From positions 307-64,306 of the forward strand of contig NW_021832551.1 of the NCBI RefSeq assembly GCF_006345805.1: a stretch of 64,000 nt of DNA, written 5' to 3'. This DNA is from Octopus sinensis (Eukaryota). How positions within the stretch are numbered: the stretch's first letter is position 1; each line of letters starts with the position of its first letter. Under the pieces are notes generated by a model that searched no databases, had not been told where the DNA came from, and saw only the letters and a list, made by a program, of their open reading frames with translations. Positions 1-13,484 of the stretch are shown one piece after another. The translations under genes and the position numbers were made by a program.

Positions 1-249
1 TTATTGTGGTTGTTATTTGTCAGAAAGCATTATCATTGAAAATTTTCAGAATTCAACATCATCATCGTAGTCGTCGTCGTCGTCATCGCTGTCGTACATG
101 TCATTGTCATCGCCAGCAGAATCGTTAGAACATTAGACAAAATACGTTGTGGTATTTCTTCCGACTCTAATTTTTGAGTCAGTTTCACTCCCACCGAGAT
201 CAATTTTTATCTTTGATATTTTGGCGGTCGATGAAAGAAATGACAACAG

Positions 250-897
250 ATCACTGGTGCCGATTGCTATCGCATGTGGAATGGATCTGTCTGTCGACTG
301 AGTTCGTAGTGATGACTGCACCACCACCCGACTTCAATCGGGCAAGCAAGGCAGTTTTCCTTTGCCTGGTGGCTGTGGCGAAAGAAGTTGTTTGGTGCAC
401 AAGGCTGAAATGCACGAGGACAGATACATTCCTCTTTGGCAGAGCTCTCATTGACTTTTTCAAGTTTCACTTGAAAACGAAATTGAGAGTAGCAAGGGAA
501 GTGCTGTCCCCGGGTGAGTTTATTGAAAGGTGGGTGAAAGTTGCAAAAACGGTAAGAGTGGATGGTCCCTCTCTGTGTGTAGACCTGTGAGTCAGAGAGA
601 AGGAATTGGAGAGGGCGTTTGCTCCTAGGGATTCAGGAAAATCTCTGACAGTGGGGTTCCTCGATTATCCCTAGAGGCGTTCCTGTATCAGGAGGGCCAC
701 ATCTCTATCATCCTCTTCCCCTGTTTTTCTTTTGTTTATCTTTGTATGCTATGCGTATGTCCCTTCATTTCCGGTGTATACCGTTTATTCTTGATTTTAT
801 ATTTTCTTTTATCATTACATATCAACCCCACCAACACTTTATGTCTGTATCTGTATTGTCCCCCTCATCCTTCGCCCCTGAGGCAAATAATTGAAAT
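250..897 (+). mobile_element. Tx1/L1-clade LINE, 5'-truncated 3' fragment (ORF2 C-terminus plus 3' UTR)
   Basis: ORF 174-590 reads VAVAKEVVWCTRLK...FFKFHLKTKLRV...F.ERW, typical of the L1/Tx1 ORF2 end and homologous to the copy at 4094-5310; ends AATAATTGAA then (ATC)n. Confidence 0.75.
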
Positions 898-1320
898 CAT
901 CATCATCATCATCATCATTATTATTATTACTATTATTACAGCAACATCGTTATCATCGTTATCATCGTTATCATCCGCATCATCTTCTTCCACATCGTTA
1001 TCATCTTCATCGTCGTCGTCGCTATTATCATCATCATCATCATCATCATCATCATCGTCATCATCGTCATCATCATCCTCATCATCATCATCATCATCAC
1101 CATCATCATCATCATCGTCATCATCATCATCGTCATCATCGTCATCATCATCATCATCTTCATCATCATCACTATAATCATTATCATCATCATCATCATC
1201 ATCATCATCACCGTCCTTGCCACCATCACCATCGCCACCACCATCACCACCGTCATCACCGCCACCATCACCATCAGCGCCACCTCAACCATGACCACCA
1301 CCTTCACCACGACCAACGCC
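897..1320. repeat. (ATC)n/(ACC)n trinucleotide microsatellite
   Basis: Direct reading; explains the poly-S/H/M ORFs. Confidence 0.95.
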
Positions 1321-1678
1321 ATATTTTTCCTGTTTAATGCAAGTGTTTCACAGCATTACATTTATGTACGACATCGTTTTACGGGAATAAAGGATTGCGT
1401 TCATATAACTTAGATCAATTTTGTTTGTTTTGTTTTCCCCCCCGTTCTTGTGAGATTTGGTTTGTTGTTTCGGTTGTTATTTTCGTTGCTATTTTAGCCT
1501 GTTTGCTTGCTATGCAGAATGAGCACATTAACATTATGGGTTGTGTTTGTTTCACTGGGTGCTGTTTGTGTTTGTAATGTGTTGTGTGCTTACTAGGTTG
1601 TTTATCTTTTGCTGTTGGACGATGTTTCTGAAGAATATAGGATGCATGGGCTGTATTATATAAATGGCAGACCATTGT

Positions 1679-1760
1679 CAGTACACCTTCTCCTCGACTT
1701 ACGACCGAGTTCTGTTCCGACGGACAGGTCGTAAGTCGAACTGGTCGTATGTCGGATTTA
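1679..1760 (+). mobile_element. Tigger/pogo-like terminal inverted repeat relic
   Basis: CAGTACACC..CTCCTCGACTTACGACC resembles Tigger5/MER47-type ends; internal hairpin 1694-1706/1727-1739 and a third GGTCGTATGTCG copy. Confidence 0.5.
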
Positions 1761-1889
1761 TAAATTTCAACACTATTTTCATTCAAACGCAACCGGTGCT
1801 TGGAAGCGATTGAGTGAGAGATAGTGGCAGGCAGTGGGATGCCTGGGTCTGAGAGAGGCCTGTCTTGCCAGATGCTACCATAATTATAG

Positions 1890-2400
1890 TACTAGCATTC
1901 TTTCCGGTAATGTAAAGATCAGAATCCTACTGTCTCACATATGACCTTCCAGCAGCAACCCTCTCCAGCCATATAACTGTCTGAATGAAGCTTAAGGTCC
2001 TATTTTGTACTTGTTGGATGAAATCCGGGCACAATCAGAACGCCTGATATTTTCACTTCATGATGACCACGGCTTCGTGATCTCCATTGCAGCTGTTTAT
2101 GTCACGCCTTACACTTTTACAGTGTTCACTGCATATTGAGCAGCAGTCAAGATGTCGGCATTTCGATACTTGTTGCGAATCACCATGACACAAGTAACTA
2201 TTTTTCAATATGCAGATGGTTTCCACTCCTCCATGTCAGCTAATTTTTTTCTCAACTACATCTTAAATCTTTCTGCTCTCCAACGCCGCTGATTATTCTA
2301 CAACACAGCAAGCTGTTCCTGCAAAAGAGAAACATACAGAAAAATTCATCAAATTTATTCCAAACACGCTATATATTTCTTCAAATGTTTTACAACCCTT
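1890..2400 (-). mobile_element. Tc1/mariner (maT/DD37D-like) internally deleted transposase fossil
   Basis: Minus strand gives WLERVAAGRSYVRQ*DS (1891-1971) and an N-terminal segment (MEEWKPS..SVRRDINSCNGDHEAV) homologous to 24460-24640. Confidence 0.6.
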
Positions 2401-3041
2401 TGGTATGAAATGTTTTGCATTGTATGTTAAAACCTTTGTGCCCAATACAGGAACAATTATTATTAACAGTAACAGTAATAAATAGTGTCATTACAACTCT
2501 TATTGCTATTTAGATAGCATTACAGATTGATCAAGCTACATTTTGACTTTGCTTTTCTGTTTTTTAACATTACATGTCACATCAAAACAACTGTGAAGAA
2601 AATTTTACGCACACACACACATATATACACACGAATAACACCAATACATTTTCTAAGCAATATCGTGATGATACCTCACATGTTACACAGATAGCTGAGA
2701 TATCGTTTCGCTTTGTATTCTCCCTTTTATTAATATATCTCGCGCGTACCATCAGCGTATATATTTCTTTCCCGTGCATTGATAAAATCTCTCGTATCAG
2801 CAAACGTATTACCCATTTTCATTTCTGATATCACACGTATATAAATATGGTTTTTTACTGTTAATGCTGTTGTTATTGAAGTATTTGTTGTTGTTGCTGT
2901 TGTTGTTGTTGTTATTTTGCACATACTCGATGAAATACACATTTCTGCAAAATATCTTTGTAATAGGCATCAAGATAAACAACTTAAACACATATTTACA
3001 CGCGCAAAATTACAGTCATTCATACATATATGCATGCACGC

Positions 3042-3125
<84 letters not shown>

Positions 3126-3126
3126 C

Positions 3127-3193
<67 letters not shown>

Positions 3194-3454
3194 CTATCAC
3201 TCTATCTCTCTCTTTCTTTATATATATATATATGTGTGTGTGGTGTGTGTGTGTGCATGTATGTATGTATATGTATGTATGTATGTATATATATATATAT
3301 ATATTATATTTATATATATATATATATAAGAGAGAGAGAGAGAAAGAGAGAGAGACAGAGAGACAGAGGGGGAGAGGGAGAGAGAGAGATGAATAGAAAG
3401 ATAGATTCACACACACGCATACACACATGCATTCATATGCTTATCATTATTTGT

Positions 3455-3505
<51 letters not shown>

Positions 3506-3716
3506 AACATGTATGTGTGTGAAAGAGAGTGTGCATGTCTGTGTGTGTGCGCGCGCGTGAGACAAATAATTTTGAATAAACAACAACACGAAACAAATAT
3601 GTAGCATCACGTCATATTAAAATGGTTAACTAATGATTGAGTATATGAATAAAATTTTAACACACACACACACACATATATATGTGTGTGTGCGTGTGTA
3701 TATATATGTGTGTTTG

Positions 3717-3747
<31 letters not shown>

Positions 3748-3824
3748 TTTGTGCGTATATATACATACAAGCATGCATACATACATACACACACACTCTC
3801 TCTCACACACACATACACACACAA

Positions 3825-3864
<40 letters not shown>

Positions 3865-3872
3865 GACCACAC

Positions 3873-4010
3873 ACAAGAGGGGTTGCTGAAAAATTCCTTT
3901 ATTTTAAGAGTGACGCGATAGGCTTGACTGTAGGCCTAAATTTCTCGGTTCTTTTACAGGCCTTAGAAAAAAAGATTCTTCTGTATATTCTTTAACCCAA
4001 AACCAAGAAT
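3873..4010 (+). mobile_element. Degenerate relic related to the mariner MITE at 5510
   Basis: ACAAGAGGGGTTGCTGAAAAATTCC...TTTACCC/AACCCAAAACC similarity to 5510-5725. Confidence 0.4.
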
Positions 4011-4093
<83 letters not shown>

Positions 4094-4094
<1 letters not shown>

Positions 4095-5310
4095 GTTTCT
4101 TTATTGGCCACACAGGGCTGCACACAGATGGGACAAGTTACAAGGTAGAGCTTTTCTTTTGGGGGATGAAATAAAGGGGGTGGCGTAGGTTCTCGATCAA
4201 GAGGGATCGTAAAAGGGAAGAAAAAGAAAAAAAAAATAAATAAATAAATAAATAGAATAAAAAATAAAAAGAATAAAAGGAAAAAAAAAGGGAAAAGGAA
4301 CAAAAGAAAAGAGAAATGAAGAAAGAAGAAAAAAGGGGGAAAAAGGGAAGAGGAAAAAAAAAAAAAAACGATCAATAGGGATCGTGTATCACAGTGTTAT
4401 GATATATGGTGTAAAGGGGAAAGCAAGTAAGGTTTATCCGTGGGAAGAAAAGCCTACGAAAAAGACGGTAATCTTGGTCAATATTGTTATATGTTACCAC
4501 ATTTGTTTGCAAGTGGGTAACCCTCTGTTTTCAATTTCTGGGTTCATAGGATTATGCTCAAGGTGGCTTCGTCATTCATACGTGCCATCCTTGCTACATT
4601 CACCCATCTATTTTTAAAACATTCGCTAGACAACACTTGCCTCTCTACTCTCACTTTCCTTTTCAAGTGGTACTTGAAGAGTTGATGAGAGATTGACCAG
4701 AGAGGAAAGTGTTGTCTCCAATCCTTTCAGACGCGTCCACCAGATACATTCTTTCGCCATAGCCACAGGATGATGAAAATAGCTCTTCCTTCCCGTTTGA
4801 AGGAAGGGGGCGTGACAAATATTGACGATAGACTCAGCTGATAACCGACTCGTCCCACACGTGACAGCAGTTGTGTTCGACACAAGCCACAGGTCGGAAA
4901 TTGTTGGACACTGCACGATGCGTGCAGAACGGTTTCGTCGCTCTGACCGCATCTCGGGCAGGTCGGCCCCGTGTTTCTCGAGCCGTGTCTGTAGAGCTCC
5001 CGAACGGGTAGCGGTTCTCGGAACACTGCCAGGCCAGGGATCTCTGGAAGTTGTCCATGGGCCTGCCCGAAAGTCTTCCTGAACAAGCGGGTCAGGTACT
5101 CCTCGTCGACGTCCAGGTTTGCCCCGAGCTCGTCGTCGTACCTCCCCTCCACTAATCCCCTATAGAATGCTTTGGTTGTGTTGAAGTCACTCAAGGTCGA
5201 CCCAGGACGGCAGAGTTGCTTGAGAGCAACGCGACACTCGCGGTGCCATTCGCCCTTCCTCGGCCTCTTTTTGATCCACGACTACAGTTCGGTCATGGAG
5301 ACGAGCTGCG
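4094..5310 (-). mobile_element. Tx1/L1-clade LINE, 5'-truncated, with RT-associated zinc knuckle
   Basis: Minus ORFs give CPRCGQSDETVLH (zf-RVT-like) and MAKECIWWTRLKG; 3' end has AATAAA then (TATC)n; (GATA)n on both flanks (4011-4093 and 5311-5326). Confidence 0.85.
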
Positions 5311-5509
5311 AGATAGATAGATAGATTATATTAATTATTTGCACGATCACAATTGAATCGACACCAATTTAGTGCCGAGAATAGCATATCTGTGTATGAG
5401 CATTTTATATGGACACTCACGCATATTTTAATGTATATATACGGAATCGTCCCATCATCTACAAACATATACGCATGAAAATACCAATATACCCATCAAT
5501 ATAAATATA

Positions 5510-5725
5510 CGAGGGGTGGTGAAAAGTTCCTGGCTGTAAGGGTATCGTGAAAGGCCTGGTTAAAGCTCTAATCTTCCGAGTTCTTTTGCAGGGCTCAGAA
5601 AAAGTGAAGGACCTCTGCAATAAGTGCGCGAATCTGAGAGGAAACTATGTTGAATGAAGTCACAATTAAATCATCCTCCTGTATTTTATTTTACCCAAGG
5701 ACCGGAACCATTCAGCGTCTCCTCG
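5510..5725 (+). mobile_element. Non-autonomous mariner (MITE), TA-flanked
   Basis: TA|CGAGGGGTGGTGAAAAGTTCC ... GGAACCATTCAGCGTCTCCTCG|TA imperfect TIRs; internal mariner C-terminus KDLCNKCANLRGNYVE*. Confidence 0.75.
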
Positions 5726-5872
5726 TACATATGTAGGAGAAATCATACACAGACTCCCTCTAGCATGTAGTCTCACGGTCGACGGTCACCCGACCGTCAA
5801 CGAGCTGAAGTCAGCATATACTCTTTATGAGCCAAATCTTAAATATTTAATTTTAAATTTAAATTTTAACAT

Positions 5873-5955
5873 ACCTGACGAAAGCAGTTATGTTTTTTCC
5901 TGATGTAATTGATTTGTTCATGAATAAAAAAAAACGTGCCTGAAACAGCTGTAGT
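5873..5955 (+). ncRNA. Type I hammerhead-like motif, long loop II, weak stem I
   Basis: CTGACGA 5875-5881, GAAAC 5942-5946, palindromic AGCT loop, GTA 5951-5953; stem II GCA/TGC with extension; stem I only about 2 bp. Confidence 0.5.
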
Positions 5956-6243
5956 TAATCTCCACCCATTTGTGTTCCTACTTAACATTTGTGAGATAAA
6001 CATTTGTGTGTGTATGTGTGTGGGCGTTTGAGTTTGTGTGTGTGTGTGTGTGTGTGTGTAGTTATATATGTGTGTGTGATGTGCTTCCGCATAGTTTCTG
6101 TCTTCAAGAATGATTCAGGTTTTGGTGAGCACGAGGTTATTTGTTAAAACTCTAGTTCTAAATCCTAGACCACTTCTCTGGAAATCGAAATTCGTAACCA
6201 CACCAGGCCTGCACCGACATTCATTCATACATACATACATACA

Positions 6244-6275
<32 letters not shown>

Positions 6276-6884
6276 GACAGATATAGAAATAGACATGCAG
6301 ACAGATAGGCAGATAAGCAGACAACTCGAATGATAGATGAGAGATGAGAGATACGTAGATATATATATGGATGGATGGATGGATAGATAGATAAATAGAT
6401 AGATTTATCGATAGATAGGCAGATAGATAGATAGATACATACATACATACATTCATACATACATACGTACGTACGTACATACATACATACATACATACAT
6501 ACATACATACATACATACATACATACATACATACATACATGTGGAAATTATTCCTGTTTAGGTTTTTCTCTTAGTATCATGCATTTGTTAATGTTCGTAC
6601 ATCTACTAAATATGAGCTGCATACAGAGAAAGGCATAGGTTATTCCCCTGTAAATTCACGACAACGATTGACTCCCCCATCTCACCCCGTGTTTCATACA
6701 TCATATGGAGGCAATTACGTAACTTTTTTCATAAAAATTGTCTCTTGGCTGAGTTTCCAGTTTCGTGGACGAGAGAAGAAAGCTAAGAAAGCAAAAATGT
6801 TTTGTTTTTCTCGTGTGACTCAAAAACCGTGTTAATACAATTACACTGAAATTTGCTTCGTATTTCCCGTTTCTTCACTCTATA

Positions 6885-6929
6885 TCTATAAATAGACTGT
6901 TATGCATTCAAGCGCTTCATCAGTATAGA
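6885..6929 (-). ncRNA. Degenerate hammerhead-like motif
   Basis: Minus: TCTATA CTGATGA A GCG cttgaa TGC ATAAC A GTC TAT; GAAA is mutated to ATAA. Confidence 0.3.
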
Positions 6930-7379
6930 ATAACAAGGTGTCAATTCTCAAGCCTTGTACAGTTTTGGACTCTGGTATTGAAATTATTTCCTCGCTTGTA
7001 AAAGCAGCTAATAATTGTGTAATACAGTTGAGAGCGAAGTACATTATACTTTCCTCTTTTGGATTTCGTGTTGCTTCACTCACTCTATCTACAAATGATA
7101 ACGAGCTTTATCTGTAGACATTTAATATCTTCGGAGCGTCTAACTGTTTAGTACTATCGGCATAAATTGAGAGGATGGGTGTGTTGGTAACTGAGGTTAT
7201 GTCTCATAGATAGTACAAATGAGATTAGCACCGATACAGCACATGATGTTATACATTTCGGGAGAGACAGATAGAAAGAACGGAGAGAAGGAAGAAAGAA
7301 ACAAAGAAAGAAAGAAAGAAAGAAGGAAAGGAAGAAGGGAAGAAAAAATGGTGAGAGCTTCATTCAGCTGCAACATTAG

Positions 7380-7411
<32 letters not shown>

Positions 7412-7446
7412 TGTATGTATGTATGTATGTATGTATGTATGTATAG

Positions 7447-7830
7447 TTGCTTCCCAACAGAGATTCGATGATTTTCCGTCACAATAAAAATAACACTCGT
7501 CCAAGATCTTGTAATTGTAGATGCCCTGATAACTGTCCCTTGAACTATATGTGCCGTGAAAACGAACATATGTACAAGCCCAGCATCGCGAACAAGAACA
7601 CAGCAGTAAAAACTTACACTGGAATGAGTGGAAACAACTTTTGGGAGAGATATACTCAGCACTTGGTTTTGTTCTGAACAAAAGCAATACATCCTTTGTT
7701 CAATATCGTATGGACCCTTAAAGAGAGGACCGTCGACAACTCCCATATAAATTTGAGCATCATAGCTAAGGTCAACAAATGTGAACTCTGTATCACAGAA
7801 ACATTAAATGTCAGATTATTGGTTTCAAAT
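7447..7830 (+). mobile_element. Penelope-like element GIY-YIG endonuclease fragment
   Basis: CNCR..NCPL..MC...YKPSI...KTYTGMSGNNFWERYTQH...IVWTLKE...LSIIAK..CELCITE matches the Penelope GIY-YIG layout; interrupted by a stop. Confidence 0.75.
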
Positions 7831-7879
7831 TTTGGCACCGAGACAGTAAGTTCGGAGGAGGTGGTATGTCGTCTACTTC

Positions 7880-8030
7880 AACTCCAGTACTCTACCGGGG
7901 ATTATTTTATCGACTCCGAAAGGATGGAAAACAAAGTCGACCTCGGCTAAATTTGAAAACAATGGAAATACGGATGAAATGCTGATAAGCATTTACTCCG
8001 GCGTGCTTACGATACTACCAGATCGCCGCC
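7880..8030 (-). mobile_element. tRNA-derived SINE family A
   Basis: Reverse complement has the GGCGGCGATCTGG head and the CTTTGTTTTCCATCCTTTCGGAGTCGATAAA core. Confidence 0.7.
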
Positions 8031-8942
8031 TTATTAAATATCATAATATTAACAGTGACTATTAGGGAAGAATCGTTCTCCACTTCCATGCACAAAGAAC
8101 AATTCATATTTTGAAATTTGAATATATTCCCTCACCCACCTTACAACCTATCCAGCTTGGGTTAATATTTTGGCTACCTGTCATATGCGCTACAGGCATA
8201 TAACCACCAGGAACTCATGGTGGATTTTTGAAGTACATCTCACACGATTCACAATTATATGTAAAAACTAGCAGTATATATATATATATATATATATTAT
8301 TATATATATATATAATATAATATAACATGAATATATATGGGCAAAGACACGAAAACACATTACACACACGGTACGTACACTAGGCATGTTTGTGCACGCA
8401 TACATGTTCATAAACAGAAATGAATGGAAAATATGTTGTTAAATTTGTAGATTAACACTCACACGATTTTCACTGAAGTATATATACTATGATTATACTA
8501 TATAGTGTCTTTCAAAAATGAAAAACAAAACATTTTACATTTTATTTTTTATGAACGTCATAACTTACTCTCTCTCTCTCTCTCCCCTCTCTCCTTCCCT
8601 CTCACACTTTGTCTTTTCCGTGAAACTCTCTGCCTCCTTCCACTTTTCTTTTTTTTTTTTTTTGTTAGATACCATCAAAAAAGTCAAGGTTGATATTTTT
8701 CGTGGCTAAAAGTTATATCTGAAAATAGATATTTACGCTACCCACGGGTGCCTCGGGGAAAAAATAAGTTGACAAAACCCAGACAGGATGTTGACAAATG
8801 TTCTCCTAAAATTGGAGCGACATGCGTGCTAATTTGTGGAGTGCATAAATTACAATCTTGTACACACACACATCCTCCCTTTTATAGATATGATATACAT
8901 ACATACATACATATACATACATACATACACACACATATACAT

Positions 8943-8999
<57 letters not shown>

Positions 9000-9041
9000 C
9001 ACACATCTATACATATAAAACTGTATATATATATGTACATA

Positions 9042-9079
<38 letters not shown>

Positions 9080-9169
9080 TGTGTGTGTGTGTGTATACAT
9101 ACATACATAAATACATATATATATATATATTATATATATATGTAGATGTAAAAAAAATACAAACTGGGA

Positions 9170-9290
9170 CAAGAACGTAAAACATTTAGAAGGTGATACA
9201 AAAAACATGTACGGGACATTCGAAGCCTTCAATCTTCAGTCAAGAACCGGATCATCTTCGCAATTTCGGCAGATTAATCTTGACACATAC
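9170..9290 (-). repeat. Unclassified interspersed repeat (second copy at about 35850-36050, +)
   Basis: Shared CCGAAATTGCGA.GAT.ATC.GGT.CTTGA.TGAAGA segment in opposite orientations. Confidence 0.5.
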
Positions 9291-9889
9291 ATCTATACAT
9301 ATAAATTTCTATATATATGTACATATGTTTATATGTATATATGTATGTATATATATATACATATATATATGTATATATATACACACATATGTACATATAT
9401 ATATATACATATATATATGTATATATATATATACATACATATATACACACACACATATATATATACATACATATATATATGTGTGTGTGTATGTATGTAT
9501 ATAACAGCTGAAATACTACCCATGAAAATGATTTTTAGTATGCAAAATGTTACACAAACAAATTTTCGTATACTATTTTTGTAGTTAGACGTGTTATTTT
9601 CTCGGCGCTAGACTTGAACAATGAATGATAAAAGATAGAAGAATGCTGAAAATTTCTCTGCAGGAATAATGCACAAGAATATGAATGAATGGCTTAGCTG
9701 ATATGGAAGAACAAATAGGATTTATTCACGTATTTTTAGAATATATCGCATATTTTCGTAAACAATAGCTTTGGTGATACTTTTGTGTGTGCATGTGTGC
9801 GTGTTCATGTGTGTGTGTATGTGTGATAGCATTAAAAGTTAAGTGTTAAGTTCACACATAAGCACAATTTAAGACGGAAAATAGCTTGA

Positions 9890-10330
9890 CAGGATCACCT
9901 ACTAGAATTCAGAGACGTATCTGCCGAAAAGTTGTTACATTGCGGCAACTGTTACATCAAATCTATTCGACACCACCCGCCATCGATTTAGCAAAATCTA
10001 GAATTACCACTGGATCAGCTACCATTGTTTGCCACCATTTGTATCACGCACATTTTATTGGTGTTCTTGATAGTCTCATAAATCCTAATGAAGAGGTCGT
10101 CTGCTCTCAATCAGTTAATAGAATCTTCCATTTGGCTTTATTTTTAAGCTTCGCCTTGCACATACTTCTTTTAAGCGAACTATATCTTGACTAACCAACC
10201 AAATATAAGTGAGAGGTACAGTTCTAAGCAGAGCAATATTCTGAGGAAAGCGAACCCCATATGGATGGGAATTCGTCATTTAGCTGAATAGCGCGTGCAG
10301 CTTTAGTGCAAGCAATGTCTATTTACACAA
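9890..10330 (-). mobile_element. Possible piggyBac-like transposase fossil
   Basis: Minus frame DPVVILDFAKSMAGGVE*I*CNSCRNVTTFRQ loosely matches the P.VI.DYNK.MGGVD..DQ motif; very degraded. Confidence 0.3.
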
Positions 10331-10704
10331 CGACTGGAAAAGCTATATCTAGGGAAGTTCTTTGCCAAATACCCAACTGTCTTTCTTTCTTTCTTTCTTT
10401 CTTTCTTCTTTTTCTTCTTTTTCTTTTTCTTTCTTCTATCCTCCATCTATCTATCTATCTATCGTTCTTTCTTTCAAGTTATAAATTTCAATGACAATAG
10501 AACTGCACCAGTGGCTATCAGTACAGAGCGGTCGAGAATATATTATATATATATATATATAGTATATATATATATGTACGTATGTAGTATTTATGTATGT
10601 ATATGTATATATATATAAATATATATATATATGTATGTATATATATATATATATATATAATAGATATATATATATTATATATGCATACATAAATACATAC
10701 ATAA

Positions 10705-10735
<31 letters not shown>

Positions 10736-10816
10736 TATATATACATATATATACATATATATATGTATGTATTTATGTATGAATGTGTATATATATATAT
10801 ACGTACATATATATAT

Positions 10817-10855
<39 letters not shown>

Positions 10856-10869
10856 GTGTGTGTGTGTGT

Positions 10870-10909
<40 letters not shown>

Positions 10910-11054
10910 TATGTATATAGACACAGTATTCGGGATGAATTTCACAGTTTACATAAAAGGAAATGAAAACACAATATCCCATCCCAAAATGAAAGTATTT
11001 TTCAAAAGATCAAAAAATATTAACAAGATTATGGCTGAGAGATAACAGTTTACT

Positions 11055-11520
11055 CTAAGTAGCCACTTTCATTTCCCACCATGGCTTCAAGATTCTCCGA
11101 AATCTGGCGCAAACATACCTCACTGTCCTTGAGAAAATCTACGAACCCTTCTCCAATTTTTGCCTCCAGCTTGGCCTTATTCTTGTAGGCAAATGGGTAG
11201 TTTGTTTCTTTACCTCGCCCTGCATGTAGTCGGGGAGAAGTTGGAGACCAGAAGTTCGGGTTGGTGAAGTCATAGAAATTCTCCGACGGCCATTCCTGAC
11301 TCTTTTCGACGGTAGGGCAAGGACCCAAATCCTTCTGCCACACATGGCCTTCTCGTAGGAATCCCTTACAACCAGGTTTTGACCATACAGTCCAGCAACT
11401 TCACGTAGCCATCTGAATTGAATATGAGGTCATGTTCAAGGCTCTGCGGCTGCATGACTAGAGACACACGCAAAAATCACCACAGTTTTGGTGATCTTGG
11501 TTTTTATGATATACATACAT
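11055..11520 (-). mobile_element. Tc1/mariner (maT/DD37D-like) transposase C-terminal fossil
   Basis: NSDGYVKLL..VKTW...RRP.VWQKD...SQEW.SENFYDF..PNFWSP.SP....LEAMV..ESGYLE*. Confidence 0.75.
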
Positions 11521-11910
11521 GTCTTACAACCGTTGCAATTTCCACAGAGCATGAAGTAGCAGTCATAATGCTTGTAGGCTTTTAGTCCTTCATTTCAACT
11601 AACTTCTTCTCAGCTACAACTTTAATCGTTATGCTCTCCAACACCGTTAACTGTTGTTCCCTATAAAAAAGAGACATGAAATCGTCTAATTTATCTCGAA
11701 TACAGCTTATATATGTATATATATCTGTCTGTCTGTCTGTCTGTCTGTCTGTATGTATGTATGTATGTATGTATGTATGTATGTATTGTGTGTGTGTCTA
11801 TGTATGTATGTATGTATGTATGTATGTATGTATGTATGTATGTATGTATATAGTATCTATCTATCTATCTATGAAGGTATGAATGTATATATATATGTAT
11901 ATAATATATA

Positions 11911-11954
<44 letters not shown>

Positions 11955-12074
11955 AATATATATATGTATTATTATATGCGTGTATGTGTATGAGTATGTA
12001 TGTAGATAGATAGAATAGTACACCTACTCATATAAACAACATACATAGCACGTGTGTAAATATCTATGTATATA

Positions 12075-12110
<36 letters not shown>

Positions 12111-12616
12111 TATATCCACACACGCATATACATATACATATGCATATATATATATATATATATACATAAATATACAGTTAACGCCATTGAAGAATCAGAA
12201 TAGCATAATAACGCTGTTAAGAAATCGAGTTATATGTAAAAAAAACAGACTTAGTATTGAGCTGGGATAGAAATTGTTTTTAAACACAAATTATGGTTAA
12301 TAAATATTGTTTATTTATACAGCTCATTATTGGGTTATTTATTCGCAGAAACAGAAGTTAAAATAAATAAGAACTATAGCATTTTCATAGCTCAAAAGAA
12401 TTATTTGTTAAATCATTTCGACATGAAAGAATCCTTTCTATTCTAGGTACTAGGCCTGGATTTTTTTTTTTTTTTTTGACTGGTACTTATTTTATCGACC
12501 CCTAAAAGTGTCGATAAAGTGCAGGTGTCTTGGGAGAAATTTCGAACCCGGGTTCTTATCTAAGGTTTTTCGATGTGGTTATATTATTATATTATTATAT
12601 ATTATTATTTTTATTA

Positions 12617-12648
<32 letters not shown>

Positions 12649-12659
12649 TATTATCATTA

Positions 12660-12981
12660 TTATTATTATCTATGTTTGACTTTGGCTTTATGTCTGTACA
12701 AGTTGGCTCCAAGTCTCACCAGAACCTCAAGAGACAACAGGTTGGAAGTTTCTGTGCCATATATTGGGGTTTTTCCTTTTTTGGTGTTGTACTAGTGAAT
12801 GTCTAATACATAAAAAAAAAAAAAAAAAAAAATAAATAAATAAAAAAAAAATAATAAAAAAAAAAAGAAAGTTTGTTTTAAACCTTGGGATTACATAGAG
12901 AGTATTTTGCGTAGGATATGAGCAGTTCCCATGAGCACTATCTTTTGAATTTCTGCCATTTTGGGGTTTCCTGGTATCCTG

Positions 12982-12985
<4 letters not shown>
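12660..12985 (-). mobile_element. R4/Dong-like (RLE-type) LINE 3' end
   Basis: Minus: IPGNPKMAEIQKIVLMGTAHILRKILSM* then 3' UTR; (TAA)n on both sides. Confidence 0.75.
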
Positions 12986-13039
<54 letters not shown>

Positions 13040-13044
<5 letters not shown>

Positions 13045-13110
13045 TCACTGCCTGGAATCGAACTCGGAATCTTGGGATTAGTAGCTTTCGGTCTTAACCA
13101 CTACGCAACG
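13040..13110 (-). mobile_element. Short tRNA-derived SINE head with (TAA)n tail
   Basis: Minus: GCGTAGTGGTTAAG (A box) ... GAGTTCGATTCC (B box) then CAGTGACCTG(AAT)n. Confidence 0.65.
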
Positions 13111-13397
13111 GGCAGAAGAAGAAGAAGAAGAAAGAAAGAAGAGAAGAAGAAGAAACGAAAGAGAAGAAGAAGAGAAGAAGAGAGAAGAAGAAGAAGAAGA
13201 AGAAAGAAGGAGAAGAGGAAGAGAGAAGAAGAAGGAAGAAGAAGAAGAGAAGAAGAAGAAGAAGGAGGAGGAGGAGGAGGAGGAAAAAGAATGAGGGAGT
13301 GTCATGATAGTAGTTAAATGGTCAAGTGACCTAAACGTGACTCGTTATGGATTATAGCAGTGATTGAGACGGATTTTAATTAAATTCTATGTCTTTC

Positions 13398-13484
13398 TGC
13401 AGCTGAAGATTGCTCTGCATTTTAAATTGATGTAAGGATTGCGTTGTTCAATTAAATGGAGTTGCATGAAACGATCGTACTGCA
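13398..13484 (+). ncRNA. Type I hammerhead ribozyme, canonical core, extended stem II
   Basis: Stem I TGCAG/CTGCA; CTGAAGA 13403-13409; stem II T.T then TGC/GCA plus TTAAATTGA/TCAATTAA; GAAAC 13468-13472; GATC loop; GTA 13477-13479. Confidence 0.85.

Noticed and set aside
746-1337. Poly-His/Ser/Met ORFs
   Set aside because: Translations of an (ATC)n microsatellite that is open in several frames
13040-13110. tRNA gene
   Set aside because: A and B boxes present but no convincing acceptor stem or cloverleaf; followed by a (TAA)n tail, so a SINE head
13403-13431. Apparent 29-nt microexon (TTTCTGCAG...GTAAGG)
   Set aside because: The sequence is fully explained as stem I, core and stem II of the hammerhead at 13398-13484; no neighbouring exons found
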